Origin: an uncultured delta proteobacterium
GTDB lineage: Bacteria > Myxococcota_A > Polyangia > Fen-1088
Reading direction: 5' to 3'
NCBI GenBank assembly: GCA_963755125.1
Contig: CAVWIP010000017.1
Coordinates: forward strand, 394,082 to 458,081
DNA length: 64,000 nt
Made by a program: the position numbers and the translations under genes. The notes under the pieces were generated by a model. The model ran no database searches and had not been told where the DNA came from. It saw only the letters and a list, made by a program, of their open reading frames with translations. Shown piece after piece: positions 9,946-19,438 of the stretch. Numbering within the stretch: position 1 is the first letter of the stretch; each line of letters starts with the position of its first letter.

Positions 9946-11094
9946 ATGATTTCGGAGAGCGTCAAATGCGCGCGAGGCAGGCATCTGGCGAAATTGACCC
10001 TGGCTGGCTCGCTCGCTGTTCTGGTATCGTCGTGTGGCCCAGTGGTGGAGAGTGCGCCGTTTTCAGCGCGCCCGGATACGCTGCGGCCAGGCGACCTCCT
10101 CGGCCCCTACGACGGGTTGGTGGTCGACGGAGAAACCGAGCGGCCGCTGGCCGGGGCCGTGGTAGCAGGAGCATGGGCGTTCGAGCGTGGCATCGGCCTG
10201 CAGGGGCCGGCGGCCGCTCTCGAGGCCACTACCGAGACTGGCGCCGACGGACGCTATCGTCTTAGCATCCCCGAGGATCTGCCGCGGGGCGAGGGCGTTC
10301 GCCTCCGACGCTTCACCCTCATCGTCTACCGGCGGGGGTACGTAGGCTGGCGCAGCGACAGCAGCTTCCCGACCGGAGAGCCGCGCCACGACTTCGCCCA
10401 GCGTGCAAACCGCGTGCGTCTGGAAAAATGGCAGTCCTCTTTCTCCCACTATCGGCACCTGGTCTTTTTGGGCGGCGGCCCTGCCATCCGGACCGCGGCG
10501 GCTTGGGAGGTGCAGCCGGCAGGACTGGAGTTGGACGGCGCTTCGCCGGCAACCGCTTCTCGGCACCTGGCGGAAGACGCGCGGGTCGGATCTTCGGCTT
10601 CGCTCGACATCTCGCCGCTTCTGTCCGAGGACGAGGTGCGTGGCGTGACCGGGTACGCGGGCAAGTTCGAGGTGGGCAAGTTGGCTGACCGAGCCAGCAG
10701 CGACATCTATGACAGCCGACACTTCAAGGCCAGCGACAAGCCCGAAACCTATGACGTCGGCCTGCGGGTGTGGGCCATCGGGTCGGAAGCCGTCGAGGCG
10801 CAGTTCAGAAAGCTGCTCGGCGAGTTGCCGGGCGCGGTTGCGACCGAGGAGATGGGAGACGCATCGCTGCGGGCCAGGGGCGGCGACGTCACGGGGTTCG
10901 CCTTCTTACTGCGCGATAAAGGGGTCGTGATGCAGCTGAGTTGCGGCCTTGCCCAGTGCTCTGAACCGTCGATGATCCTGCGCCTTGCCAAGCTGGCGGA
11001 GAGCCATTTGCCCGAGGTCAAACTCCCCTCGCCCGAGAGCACGGGGCTTCTGCCGCCGTCGGGCCCTTCGCTCGCGCCGGGAGGCAAGCCATGA
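9946..11094 (+). CDS. lipoprotein with carboxypeptidase-regulatory-like (prealbumin-like) domain
   Basis: Lipobox-like VLVSS-C; GLVVDGETERPLAGAVV...TGADGRYRL...IVYRRGY; start uncertain. Confidence 0.7.
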   Translation: MISESVKCARGRHLAKLTLAGSLAVLVSSCGPVVESAPFSARPDTLRPGDLLGPYDGLVVDGETERPLAGAVVAGAWAFERGIGLQGPAAALEATTETGADGRYRLSIPEDLPRGEGVRLRRFTLIVYRRGYVGWRSDSSFPTGEPRHDFAQRANRVRLEKWQSSFSHYRHLVFLGGGPAIRTAAAWEVQPAGLELDGASPATASRHLAEDARVGSSASLDISPLLSEDEVRGVTGYAGKFEVGKLADRASSDIYDSRHFKASDKPETYDVGLRVWAIGSEAVEAQFRKLLGELPGAVATEEMGDASLRARGGDVTGFAFLLRDKGVVMQLSCGLAQCSEPSMILRLAKLAESHLPEVKLPSPESTGLLPPSGPSLAPGGKP

Positions 11095-12533
11095 GGCGCA
11101 CAAACCTTGCGCGGGCCAGAGGCGCGACGCTCGTGTGCGCGGGCGCGCTGTTCATTCATGCAACCGCACGCGCGTATGAGCCGGCCACCACGCATGCGGG
11201 GCTGACCGCACGAGCGGTGGAAACGTCACGGCTTCACCATTTGCTCGCTCGCCTGGGGCGGCCGCTGGGACTGCTCGAGCCTTTGCGCATTGGTTTCGAC
11301 CTGTTCGGCCGCGACGAGCGGCGAGCCTTGCAGGCGCGGCTCGACGCGCTCGACCCGGCAGGCGGTTACCGGCCCGGACCCGACGGCGTGGCGGGCGCGG
11401 CCCACTGGGTGGTGGCGGGTGCGGTGCTGGGCAAGACGCCGCCCGAGCGCGGTGCCGACCACTTTTTGGATCCGGCGACCGGGAAGGGCCTCTACGACGA
11501 TCCGGGGCTGTCAGGTGTCGCCCACGGCGTGCGTCTGCTTTTTGACGGTGGCACCAGCGTGCGCGGGCTTGCCGCGGGCACCGCTTTCACCCTGAGCGGC
11601 AAGTCCGCGCTGGATTGGATCGAGTCGCCCGACAACGATCTGGGACTTCCCGTCTTCTTCGACAACTGGGAGCGTGCGGTGAGCTTGGCTGAGCCGCGCG
11701 AGCGCGAGTCAGCGCTGGTGCGCGCTTTGCTGGCCATGGGTGGGGTGATGGCGGTGCTCGAGGACGCGGGGCAGCCGGCCTTCGTGCGCAATGACTTCCG
11801 GGGCGCGTTCCTGCAGCGGGACGATGGTTCGGCCTACGAACAGTTCGTGGCGGAGCACTACGGCCGCGCTGGGCTTCCTGCCGCGGCGGCGCCGGTGTCC
11901 CGGCCCGACATTACCAGTTTCTTCGCGTCCGCCGATGGGAAGGGACTCGCCAATCGCACTCAGCGTCGTTTCTTTTCCGAGGGCACGATTCCAGCCGACG
12001 TCTCACTCGAACGGAACAGCAAGGCCGCCGACGTGCTTCGCCGTGCGCGTGAATCTCTGGTGTTTCCCTCGCCCACGCTGTCCGGACTCGTGCTGAGACC
12101 AACGCAACACCGCCGCTATTTGGCCCTGGAAGGCCATCGCGTGCTGGCCTACGAAAACAATGGCACCCAGGTTCGTTTTTTTCTCGATGACGCCGTCTAT
12201 GCGGACATGGCGCGAACTCTCTTGCCTGAGGTCGCTGGCTACGCCGCGGGCCTGCTCAACCATCTTGTGCGCGCAAGCTTGGAGATGAGTGTCACGGGAA
12301 ACAAGGTGACGGTGCGCCTGGACGGCGAGGTCAAGCAAGGCGGGGCGCTGCGCGTATTCGCCGAGGACGGGAGCGGGCGTCGGCGGGAGTTGCCCGGAGT
12401 CGCTGCGACCTTGGAGCCCGGCGGTGAGGTTGCGGTCGCCGTGCCGGTCGGGGCCAAGAAGCTGGCCGCGGTGCTGCGCGGGCGCGATGCCGGCGAGCCT
12501 TTCGTGGCGGCAGGCGAGGTGACGCTGCCGTGA
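11091..12533 (+). CDS. exported protein with degenerate Zn-dependent phospholipase C/P1-nuclease-like fold
   Basis: Signal peptide ending ARA-Y; TH..LT, R..DHFLDP, VLEDAGQPAFVRND, SAYEQFV; ATGA overlap with upstream gene. Confidence 0.55.
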   Translation: MRRTNLARARGATLVCAGALFIHATARAYEPATTHAGLTARAVETSRLHHLLARLGRPLGLLEPLRIGFDLFGRDERRALQARLDALDPAGGYRPGPDGVAGAAHWVVAGAVLGKTPPERGADHFLDPATGKGLYDDPGLSGVAHGVRLLFDGGTSVRGLAAGTAFTLSGKSALDWIESPDNDLGLPVFFDNWERAVSLAEPRERESALVRALLAMGGVMAVLEDAGQPAFVRNDFRGAFLQRDDGSAYEQFVAEHYGRAGLPAAAAPVSRPDITSFFASADGKGLANRTQRRFFSEGTIPADVSLERNSKAADVLRRARESLVFPSPTLSGLVLRPTQHRRYLALEGHRVLAYENNGTQVRFFLDDAVYADMARTLLPEVAGYAAGLLNHLVRASLEMSVTGNKVTVRLDGEVKQGGALRVFAEDGSGRRRELPGVAATLEPGGEVAVAVPVGAKKLAAVLRGRDAGEPFVAAGEVTLP

Positions 12534-12590
12534 AGATGAACGAGCGATCTCGTCCACCTGTCTGAACAAGACCTGATAAATTCCGGCGCC

Positions 12591-14087
12591 ATGAATTGGC
12601 TTCGGAATCTCTGGCGACGGCTGGACTTACCGGCGATCGGTCTGGCCATCGCGTTCGCGCTGGTGGCACTGGTCCATCTCTTCCGGAACGGCCAGGGCCT
12701 GGCCGCGAAAGAACTGAGCCTCGACGAGGCGGGCACTTGGGGAATCGCGGCGCAGTCCTTCTGGCGAAACTGCACCCTGCCCACGGAATTCCATTCACAG
12801 CCACCGCTGTACTATTTCCTGCTCCACTTCCTCGTGAAGTTTGGCGAATCCGAGCTGTACATGCGCTCCATTTCCTGGCTCTTCTGCCTCGGCGTCGTCG
12901 GCTTCGCGATCTTCGGACTGCGCGAGATCAACCCGCTGTCGCGGGTTTTGCTTGCGGTGATCTTCGTCCTCAACAACCTAACCAACTGGATTTCCCGCAA
13001 CGTGCGACCCTACGCCATGGCGGCACTGGCCGGCTTCCTCTCGTTGGTCTTCTTCGTTCGTCTTATCGCCGAGCCTTCACGGAAACGAGCCACCGCCTAC
13101 ACTGCGGCGACGACCGTTGTGCTCTGGGTGACACCGCTCGCGGTCTGGACGTTCGCTGCGCAGATCCTCTATGCGCTGGTGCTCGTCGGCGTGCACCTGC
13201 CACGTCACGGTTTTCGCGCGACGATCGAACGCTACCGCCTGGTGGCCGCTTCCATGCTGGCCACGGGCTTTCTCTACCTTCCCTACTTCGTGATGGCCGT
13301 TCACTATCAACTCGCGCCGGGCCCCGGCCTGGGTCCGGCCCTGCACGCGGCGCTGAGCTGGCAGAATCTTCGTGGCGTGTTCGAATCATTCTTGCTGGTG
13401 GGCCTACCCTTTTCCCTTGCGCTTCTGGGTCTGATCTTGCTGGCGGTCGTCGCTGAACTGGCGGCGCGACGAGCGGCGGTCCTGCTTTGGCTCATGGTCG
13501 CAGTCGGACACGTTGGATTCGCCTACGGCTTCCTGTTGGGACGAACCGGAGTTTTCTACCATTACATGACTCCGGCCTTTCCCGCCTTCTGTTTTCTGGT
13601 GGCGCTAGGCTTTCACCACCTCAGCCAGGGCGCCAGTCGACACGCCTTCAAGGTCGCGGTGACAGTTGTTTTTCTGCTCGCCTTGACCTACTTCGGTGAG
13701 TTCCGCGCTTCGGTTGCGGCGCCCATGCCCGACCATGGCTGGCGCCGCGTTCGCGCGGCACTGGCCGCCATTCCCGGGCAAAAGGTGATCTTTTTCGATA
13801 CCGGCTACGATGGACAGTTTCTCGAGTACTACGCGCGCAAGGATCACGATCTGGTTTTTGCCACGATGAAGGGCACCGGGTGGTCTTCCGGCGGCGCCGG
13901 CTTCCTTCAACCGAGCTACGTGCAAGGCGTGATCCGCGAACACGGGACCAAACCGGTCTGCTACCTGTACCGTGTGGACGAGGGGCCGCGCAGCCAGTAC
14001 CGATCGACTTTCGTGCCGGCGGTCAAGACCCTTGGATACGTGGAGATGCCCGGGATCGAGGGCATCCACCGCTACTGTCGCCCCTAG
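12591..14087 (+). CDS. GT-C fold (PMT/ArnT-like, GT39-type) membrane glycosyltransferase
   Basis: LSLDEA, QPPLYYFLLH, RPYAM motifs; many TM helices. Confidence 0.8.
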   Translation: MNWLRNLWRRLDLPAIGLAIAFALVALVHLFRNGQGLAAKELSLDEAGTWGIAAQSFWRNCTLPTEFHSQPPLYYFLLHFLVKFGESELYMRSISWLFCLGVVGFAIFGLREINPLSRVLLAVIFVLNNLTNWISRNVRPYAMAALAGFLSLVFFVRLIAEPSRKRATAYTAATTVVLWVTPLAVWTFAAQILYALVLVGVHLPRHGFRATIERYRLVAASMLATGFLYLPYFVMAVHYQLAPGPGLGPALHAALSWQNLRGVFESFLLVGLPFSLALLGLILLAVVAELAARRAAVLLWLMVAVGHVGFAYGFLLGRTGVFYHYMTPAFPAFCFLVALGFHHLSQGASRHAFKVAVTVVFLLALTYFGEFRASVAAPMPDHGWRRVRAALAAIPGQKVIFFDTGYDGQFLEYYARKDHDLVFATMKGTGWSSGGAGFLQPSYVQGVIREHGTKPVCYLYRVDEGPRSQYRSTFVPAVKTLGYVEMPGIEGIHRYCRP

Positions 14088-14088
14088 A

Positions 14089-15927
14089 CTAGCGTTGCAA
14101 TACGTTGTCCGAGACGCTTGCGCCGCCGGCTTCCAGCTTGCCCGCCAGGCGAGACGGCGTGCGGGTGGCGATGAAGCGCCCTTTGCCCTTGCCCTTGCTT
14201 TGCCAGGCCAGCAGGGTCTCAGCACGCAGTTCACCAGCCGATCCCAGAGTAGGCTCTGCGATCTCCATGATCCGGATGCTCCCATCCGTCTGGGTGACGG
14301 CATGGACGAGAACGTCGAGAGTCGATCCGAGCAGGTCATTCGGTGTCGAAGCGGGACCGTAGGCCGTGCCCATCACCCGCAGCCGGTAGAGGGCATCATT
14401 CGCCGATCGGGCGGTCAACGCGGCCAGAGCGCCGTTCTGGCCCTGAGCACATTCTCGCAGCAAGTCGCCCAAGAGCACGGACGCGGCCGCGTCGGCCACG
14501 ACGTAGTCGGGTCGCAGCGCCACCGCCGCAGCGACCAGATCTGGGCTGCGGGCTGCGACCGGCAGCTTCAGCCAGGCCGATGCACTGGCAGGCGCGCTGA
14601 TGGTCTCGGCCAAGATCACCACGCGTGCCACGCGATCGAGCGACCAGGCCAAGGTGCCCAGCAGCAGGTCGCAAGCCTGACGGTCGCCTGCGATAAGCAG
14701 GTTCTGTCGCGTGCTCACGCACGCTTCGAGGACTTGCTGCATCTCGGGCGAGATGCTTCCGTCGTCCGCCAGCTCTTCCAGCGTCTTGCGGTCGACGTTG
14801 GGCCGCCGGATCGAGGCGTGCAGACGCTCGCACAGCGGGGGGAAGAGGGCCGTGATGTGCGTGCCGTCAGCCAGGGTGGTATCGATGACCGGCGCATCGG
14901 GCTCCGGCCGCGGCACGCCCTTGGCCGCCAGCTTGCGCAGATGGTCCGCCAGCGCAGCCAGGTCGGCGGAAGCCACAACGGCCGGCTCTCGATGACCGTT
15001 GCGCTCAACTTCCACTGACTGGGTGCCGACGAAGAACGCCGCGGTCGTGCCCTCGCCGCTCAGCAGGCGAGCCAGCCAGGGTAGAAAGTCTCCGCTCACC
15101 GGAGCATGGGCCGGGGGAGGCATGGCCGGGGCATGCGGGGCCGGCGGGGATGCGGCGGGGGGCACGGGCACCGGCGCTGACGGCGACGCTGGCGCCATGG
15201 GGTGCTCAAGTTCCTGAAGCGGCTGGGGCGCTGATGTGCCCCGCGGTGTGGTGAGGGGTTCATCGGGCGAAGGCGACGGGATGGGAACCGGCGGCTTGAG
15301 CGGCGGAAGGTTCAGATGTGGTGCGGGGCTGAGGCTATCGTCGTCGTCCAGGCTTATTTCCGTCGGCAGCGGAGGCGCAAGAAATGCGTCCACGGCAACC
15401 GGCATAGAGTTACTCTCTCGCTTTGGGGGGGGCGGGGGTGGCGGTGACATATGGGGCGAGGATCCGCGCGCGGGCAGGGGGCCAGAATCCTCATTGGCCT
15501 CGTGCTGGGCCGCGGGCCGTGGGGGCGGGGGCGGCGGTGGTGGCCGCCGAGGCAAGGCGGTGCTGAGCGAGCCCGCTTCGGGCACCGAAGCCACGTACGC
15601 CGGCGGCGCGACGCCGGGTTGTGAGTCGGCTGTGGCGAGCCCGCCGGCGACGCGAATGACGAAATCTCCGACGAACACCTTGTCGGTTGTGGAGATGGAA
15701 GTGGCCTCCGCGATCTTGCGGCCATTCACATAGGTCCCGTTGGTGCTGCCCAAATCCTCGACCACGAGCTGGCCGTTCTGAAGCAGCAGGCGGCAGTGGT
15801 GCTTGGACACGTTGCCCTTGGGAAGCACGATGTCGTTGTCCCGCACCCGTCCGACCCGGATTTCCGTCTTGTCGAAGCTGAGCTCCTTGGAGTCTCCGCC
15901 TTTCTCGGCCAGCGTCAGGATCAGCAT
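14089..15927 (-). CDS. FHA domain + Pro-rich linker + degenerate CpaF/TadA-like ATPase domain
   Basis: FHA VGR..NVSKHHC..STNGT; C-terminus follows CpaF pattern (IDTTLADG, SIRR, ALRPD, DGSIRIMEIAE) but lacks Walker A. Confidence 0.8.
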   Translation of the reverse strand: MLILTLAEKGGDSKELSFDKTEIRVGRVRDNDIVLPKGNVSKHHCRLLLQNGQLVVEDLGSTNGTYVNGRKIAEATSISTTDKVFVGDFVIRVAGGLATADSQPGVAPPAYVASVPEAGSLSTALPRRPPPPPPPPRPAAQHEANEDSGPLPARGSSPHMSPPPPPPPKRESNSMPVAVDAFLAPPLPTEISLDDDDSLSPAPHLNLPPLKPPVPIPSPSPDEPLTTPRGTSAPQPLQELEHPMAPASPSAPVPVPPAASPPAPHAPAMPPPAHAPVSGDFLPWLARLLSGEGTTAAFFVGTQSVEVERNGHREPAVVASADLAALADHLRKLAAKGVPRPEPDAPVIDTTLADGTHITALFPPLCERLHASIRRPNVDRKTLEELADDGSISPEMQQVLEACVSTRQNLLIAGDRQACDLLLGTLAWSLDRVARVVILAETISAPASASAWLKLPVAARSPDLVAAAVALRPDYVVADAAASVLLGDLLRECAQGQNGALAALTARSANDALYRLRVMGTAYGPASTPNDLLGSTLDVLVHAVTQTDGSIRIMEIAEPTLGSAGELRAETLLAWQSKGKGKGRFIATRTPSRLAGKLEAGGASVSDNVLQR

Positions 15928-15933
15928 GGCATC

Positions 15934-15962
15934 ACGCTAAGCAAAAATGCGCCCCTTGTCCA
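15934..15962 (-). promoter_or_regulatory. putative leaderless promoter of the FHA-ATPase gene
   Basis: Minus strand TGGACA-N17-TAGCGT-N6-ATG(15927). Confidence 0.5.
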
Positions 15963-16066
15963 CGCCGTCGTGGCATTGGCAACTACCACGGCGGCCCGGT
16001 CTGTGGTGGAATGGAAGCCGGCTCGCAACGGAAGCAAGTAGCAACTACCCAGATGGAGGCGTGACC

Positions 16067-16660
16067 ATGCAGATCCAGAGAGCAGCGGCTTTGGCCGGAA
16101 TGTTGACTGTGGCAATCAGCCTCGCAGGTCGCGTCGGCGCGGACGGAACAAAACCAAAGTATTACTTCACTATAAGTAACATAACTTCAGAAGATACAAC
16201 GATTATTCCTTTGGCGAAAGAACTCTTGGCCAAAGAGATTTCGAGCCGGTCCGAGTTCACCCAGGACCTGGGCGGCGCCGAGGGCGAGGCCGCCGCGGCT
16301 GCAGAGATGCGGAAGCGGGGGCTGCAGGGTTTTCAGGTGAACCTGCGCATCATGAGCTTGAAGAAGGAGATCAAGCCGCCGACGCCAGGCCGGCGCGACA
16401 GGCAGATGGCCATTCAGGTAAAGCTCGGTGTGTACGGCACGACCTACCCTGGGGGCAAGCTCAACTTCACTGGCGATGGCGAGGCTTCGCTGACCGGCGA
16501 TTTTTCAGAGCGCCGAATGGACAGCGATATCGAGGATCTGACGAAGATGGCCTTTGCCAGTGCGCTCAAGCAGGCTGTCAGCACGGCGGTAGCCAAGATG
16601 ACCACGGCCACTCTGCCAGATTCTCCTCGCCGCAAGGGCAAGAAGCACAAGCCCCAATAG
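16067..16660 (+). CDS. hypothetical exported protein
   Basis: GGAGG upstream of ATG 16067; signal-peptide-like N-terminus; basic C-tail. Confidence 0.65.
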   Translation: MQIQRAAALAGMLTVAISLAGRVGADGTKPKYYFTISNITSEDTTIIPLAKELLAKEISSRSEFTQDLGGAEGEAAAAAEMRKRGLQGFQVNLRIMSLKKEIKPPTPGRRDRQMAIQVKLGVYGTTYPGGKLNFTGDGEASLTGDFSERRMDSDIEDLTKMAFASALKQAVSTAVAKMTTATLPDSPRRKGKKHKPQ

Positions 16661-16686
16661 AACTATTCGCTAAACTGTTTTCCGCT

Positions 16687-17427
16687 ATGCGTTTCCATCG
16701 GCAAGGCTTTCAAGCCCACGTAATCCTCACGCTTTTGCTTCTGCTCGGCGCTTGCAAGAAGGGCACACCGCCGGCGCCGCCCCCCACGGCGCAGGCTGAG
16801 TTGCCGCCGTTCGAGGTGAGCAAGGATTCGGCCCTGCTCTTCATCCACGTTGAGCCCAACGGGAACTTCGCCACTACCGACAAGGCTGATTCGGTGCCCG
16901 AGGTTGCCCGGCGCCTGGTGCGGGTCATCGACCCAGCCAAGGGTGCAGCCGAGAGGCGTGACACCTCAAGCGTCTACGTCGTCGACCTGCGTGAGTTGCT
17001 TGGCAACGGCAAGGCGCGGGCACGCACCATGTCTCGCGAGGCCTTCGAGACCGGCGCGCTGGCGCAGTTGCCGCCAGGGGATTCCAGTGCCCTGGCCGGA
17101 CCGCATGGTCCTGCCTTGCCCGAGGAGCCCGAGCAGGCCGCTTCGGACGCTGGGATCGCAGGTCAAGGCGGCCCGCCGGTGGTCATCCTCTACGGGACAC
17201 CGTGGTGCGGGGCGTGCAAGGCGGCACGCCAGTACCTGAGTTCCAAGCACATCCCCTTCGCCTACAAGGACATCGAAAACGATCAGTCCGCTGCGCGCGA
17301 GCTGCAACAGAAGGCCTCGCGCCTGGGAATTCCGGCGGATCGGGTACCCATCCTCGACGTGCGCGGACGCCTGCTGGTCGGATTCGACCGGACGCGCCTG
17401 GAGGCGCTGCTGGGCGATGCGACCTAG
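16687..17427 (+). CDS. lipoprotein with C-terminal glutaredoxin/NrdH-like domain
   Basis: Lipobox LLGA-C; YGTPWCGACK, VPILDV..GFD. Confidence 0.85.
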   Translation: MRFHRQGFQAHVILTLLLLLGACKKGTPPAPPPTAQAELPPFEVSKDSALLFIHVEPNGNFATTDKADSVPEVARRLVRVIDPAKGAAERRDTSSVYVVDLRELLGNGKARARTMSREAFETGALAQLPPGDSSALAGPHGPALPEEPEQAASDAGIAGQGGPPVVILYGTPWCGACKAARQYLSSKHIPFAYKDIENDQSAARELQQKASRLGIPADRVPILDVRGRLLVGFDRTRLEALLGDAT

Positions 17428-17440
17428 AGGCCGCTGGGCA

Positions 17441-17466
17441 GAGCGAACCCCTTTTAGGGTTCCCAT
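17441..17466. repeat. third, variant copy of the REP-like palindrome
   Basis: GAGCGAACCCCTTTTAGGGTTCCCAT versus GAGCGAACCCTTTGAGGGTTCCCAT at 3149-3173. Confidence 0.75.
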
Positions 17467-17519
17467 ATCAGCCGTCGGGCGCCGACTTCGGCGGCATAAC
17501 CTGGTAGTGTTCCTGCTGC

Positions 17520-18395
17520 GTGGATTCTAAAGTTCCGTTTCCTCGTCTGGCCCTCATCGGTGTCGGCTACATCGGCGGCTCCGCTGCCCTGGCCGCGCGC
17601 CGAACTGGACTGGTCGGTTCCGTGACGGGCTACGATGTGGACGCCAGGTCTGGGCCAGCGGCTCTTGCGCGCGGTGTGGTCGACGATATGGCGGGCAGTG
17701 CCGAAGCCGCGGTGGCGGGAGCGTCGCTGGTCTTGTTGGCCGCACCGGTACTAAGCCTGGCTGGCCTGCTTCGTCGCATCGGTGGGAGCCTAGCGCCCAC
17801 GGCTACGATCATCGACGTCGGCAGCGTCAAGCAATCGGTCGTGCAGGAAGCCGATGCGACGGCTCTGGGTGGGCGATTCGTGGGTTGCCACCCCATGGCC
17901 GGGGCCGAGCATGCGGGCGTGGACGCCGCCGATCCCGAGATATTCGCGGGGCGGGTGTGTTTCCTGTGCCCGAGTGCGCGGAGCAGTGCCGAGGCCAAAC
18001 GGGTGGCGGCGCAGTTCTGGCAGGAGATGGGCTGCCAGGTGGTGTCCATCGAGCCGTCGCTGCACGACCGCCTGATGGCGGCGGTGAGCCACTTGCCCCA
18101 TGTGGCCGCCTTCGCTTTGGCCGCCAGCCTGAGCGACGCGCTTCCGTTCATCGAGTCGAATGCCTTGCCGGGAAGGCCAACCACCAGCTTGCGCGACACG
18201 ATTCGCGTCGCCGCGTCCAGCCCGCAGGTGTGGCGGGACATTCTCATCGCGAACCGGGAGCATCTGCTGCCGCTGGTGCGCGAGTTGGAGCAACGGGTGT
18301 GCAGCATCGGCGCAGCCATGGAGGCGGGAGATGCAGCCGCGTTGGAGGCGGCGTTGGCTCTCGGGCAGGCATGCCGCCAGCGGCTGGTGAAGTGA
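17520..18395 (+). CDS. tyrA: prephenate/arogenate dehydrogenase
   Basis: IGVGYIGGS, DVGSVK, HPMAGAE, HD..MAAVSHLPH, RVAASSPQVWRDI. Confidence 0.93.
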   Translation: MDSKVPFPRLALIGVGYIGGSAALAARRTGLVGSVTGYDVDARSGPAALARGVVDDMAGSAEAAVAGASLVLLAAPVLSLAGLLRRIGGSLAPTATIIDVGSVKQSVVQEADATALGGRFVGCHPMAGAEHAGVDAADPEIFAGRVCFLCPSARSSAEAKRVAAQFWQEMGCQVVSIEPSLHDRLMAAVSHLPHVAAFALAASLSDALPFIESNALPGRPTTSLRDTIRVAASSPQVWRDILIANREHLLPLVRELEQRVCSIGAAMEAGDAAALEAALALGQACRQRLVK

Positions 18396-18403
18396 GCGCG
18401 GTT

Positions 18404-19438
18404 ATGAGATCTCTCTTGCTCGGCGCTCTTGCCGCCCTGCTGGTCACATCCTGCGCTGCCCCGGTTGCGCCAGGCCCATCGGCAGGTCCGCTGGCCGAAC
18501 GCACCGCAGCCGACGACGATGATCTCTGGGCCCTGGCGCCGGCCGAGGCAGAGCTTCTGGTCTGGGCCGACATGGCCCAGCTCCGCGAATCAGCCTGGAC
18601 CAAAGCGGCGCTTTCCAAGACGGCACTCGACGAACGCGCGACTCGGGCTGCCACACGCGGGTTCGACGAAGTGGACGACGTGGATCGCTTGCTCTACGCG
18701 ACGGTTCCGGCCTTGCGCGAGGATGCGAGCATCCTGGTCGCGCAGGGGCGGATGGATCGCGAGCGCCTGGGCACGGCGTTTCGGCGTCAGCACTCGCAGG
18801 CGACCGCATCGGACTACCGTGGCGTGGCGGTGCTGGCCGAGGCGGAAGAGGCCATCGCTTTTCTCACCCAGCGGACCGTCGTGTCCGGCCCGCTGGTGGC
18901 GGTTCGTGCCACCATCGACTGCGCTTTTGGGCTGGCCCGCAGCGCGGCCAACCAGTCGTGGTTGTCTTCTCTGCAGACCGTGCTTCGCGAGAGCAGGGGC
19001 CCGTCGCAGCGTTCGCCGGCAATGGCCGCAGCGGTGCGGTTGAGTCCGGCTATGCGCACGCAGTTCGAAGCCGAGATGGGCGAGGGCGGAACGCTGGAAC
19101 AAGTCGGGGCGCGCCTCGACCTCGGCCGTGACCTGGAGGTGGCTCTGGTCGGGCTGGTGTCCACGCACCAGCAAGCCCTGGACCTGGCCGCCCGCGTGTC
19201 CGCGGCGCTGCGCGACCAGCGCAACCGGCCCCTGGTTTTCGTCCTGGGCTTGCAGCCCATCCTGGACGGGGTTCGTCTTGCTCCCCGCGAGAATCGAGTG
19301 GAAGCACGATTGAGCATTCCCCAGGACCAGCGCGCCGAGATCGCCGATCGTATGGCGTTGGTGGCGGAGCAACTTGCGCGCCGTCGGGCCGGCGCGGCGG
19401 ACAAGGGCGAGGACGCTCGCGAAGGCAAGCGAGAATGA
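18404..19438 (+). CDS. hypothetical lipoprotein
   Basis: MRSLLLGALAALLVTS-C lipobox; overlaps aroA start; alternative GTG start at 18392. Confidence 0.7.
   Translation: MRSLLLGALAALLVTSCAAPVAPGPSAGPLAERTAADDDDLWALAPAEAELLVWADMAQLRESAWTKAALSKTALDERATRAATRGFDEVDDVDRLLYATVPALREDASILVAQGRMDRERLGTAFRRQHSQATASDYRGVAVLAEAEEAIAFLTQRTVVSGPLVAVRATIDCAFGLARSAANQSWLSSLQTVLRESRGPSQRSPAMAAAVRLSPAMRTQFEAEMGEGGTLEQVGARLDLGRDLEVALVGLVSTHQQALDLAARVSAALRDQRNRPLVFVLGLQPILDGVRLAPRENRVEARLSIPQDQRAEIADRMALVAEQLARRRAGAADKGEDAREGKRE

Noticed and set aside
17885..18403. N-terminal extensions of ORFs 17885-19438, 58137-59621, 59237-59917, 28278-29207 and 32489-33253
   Set aside because: They overlap upstream genes out of frame; downstream starts give signal peptides or domain starts
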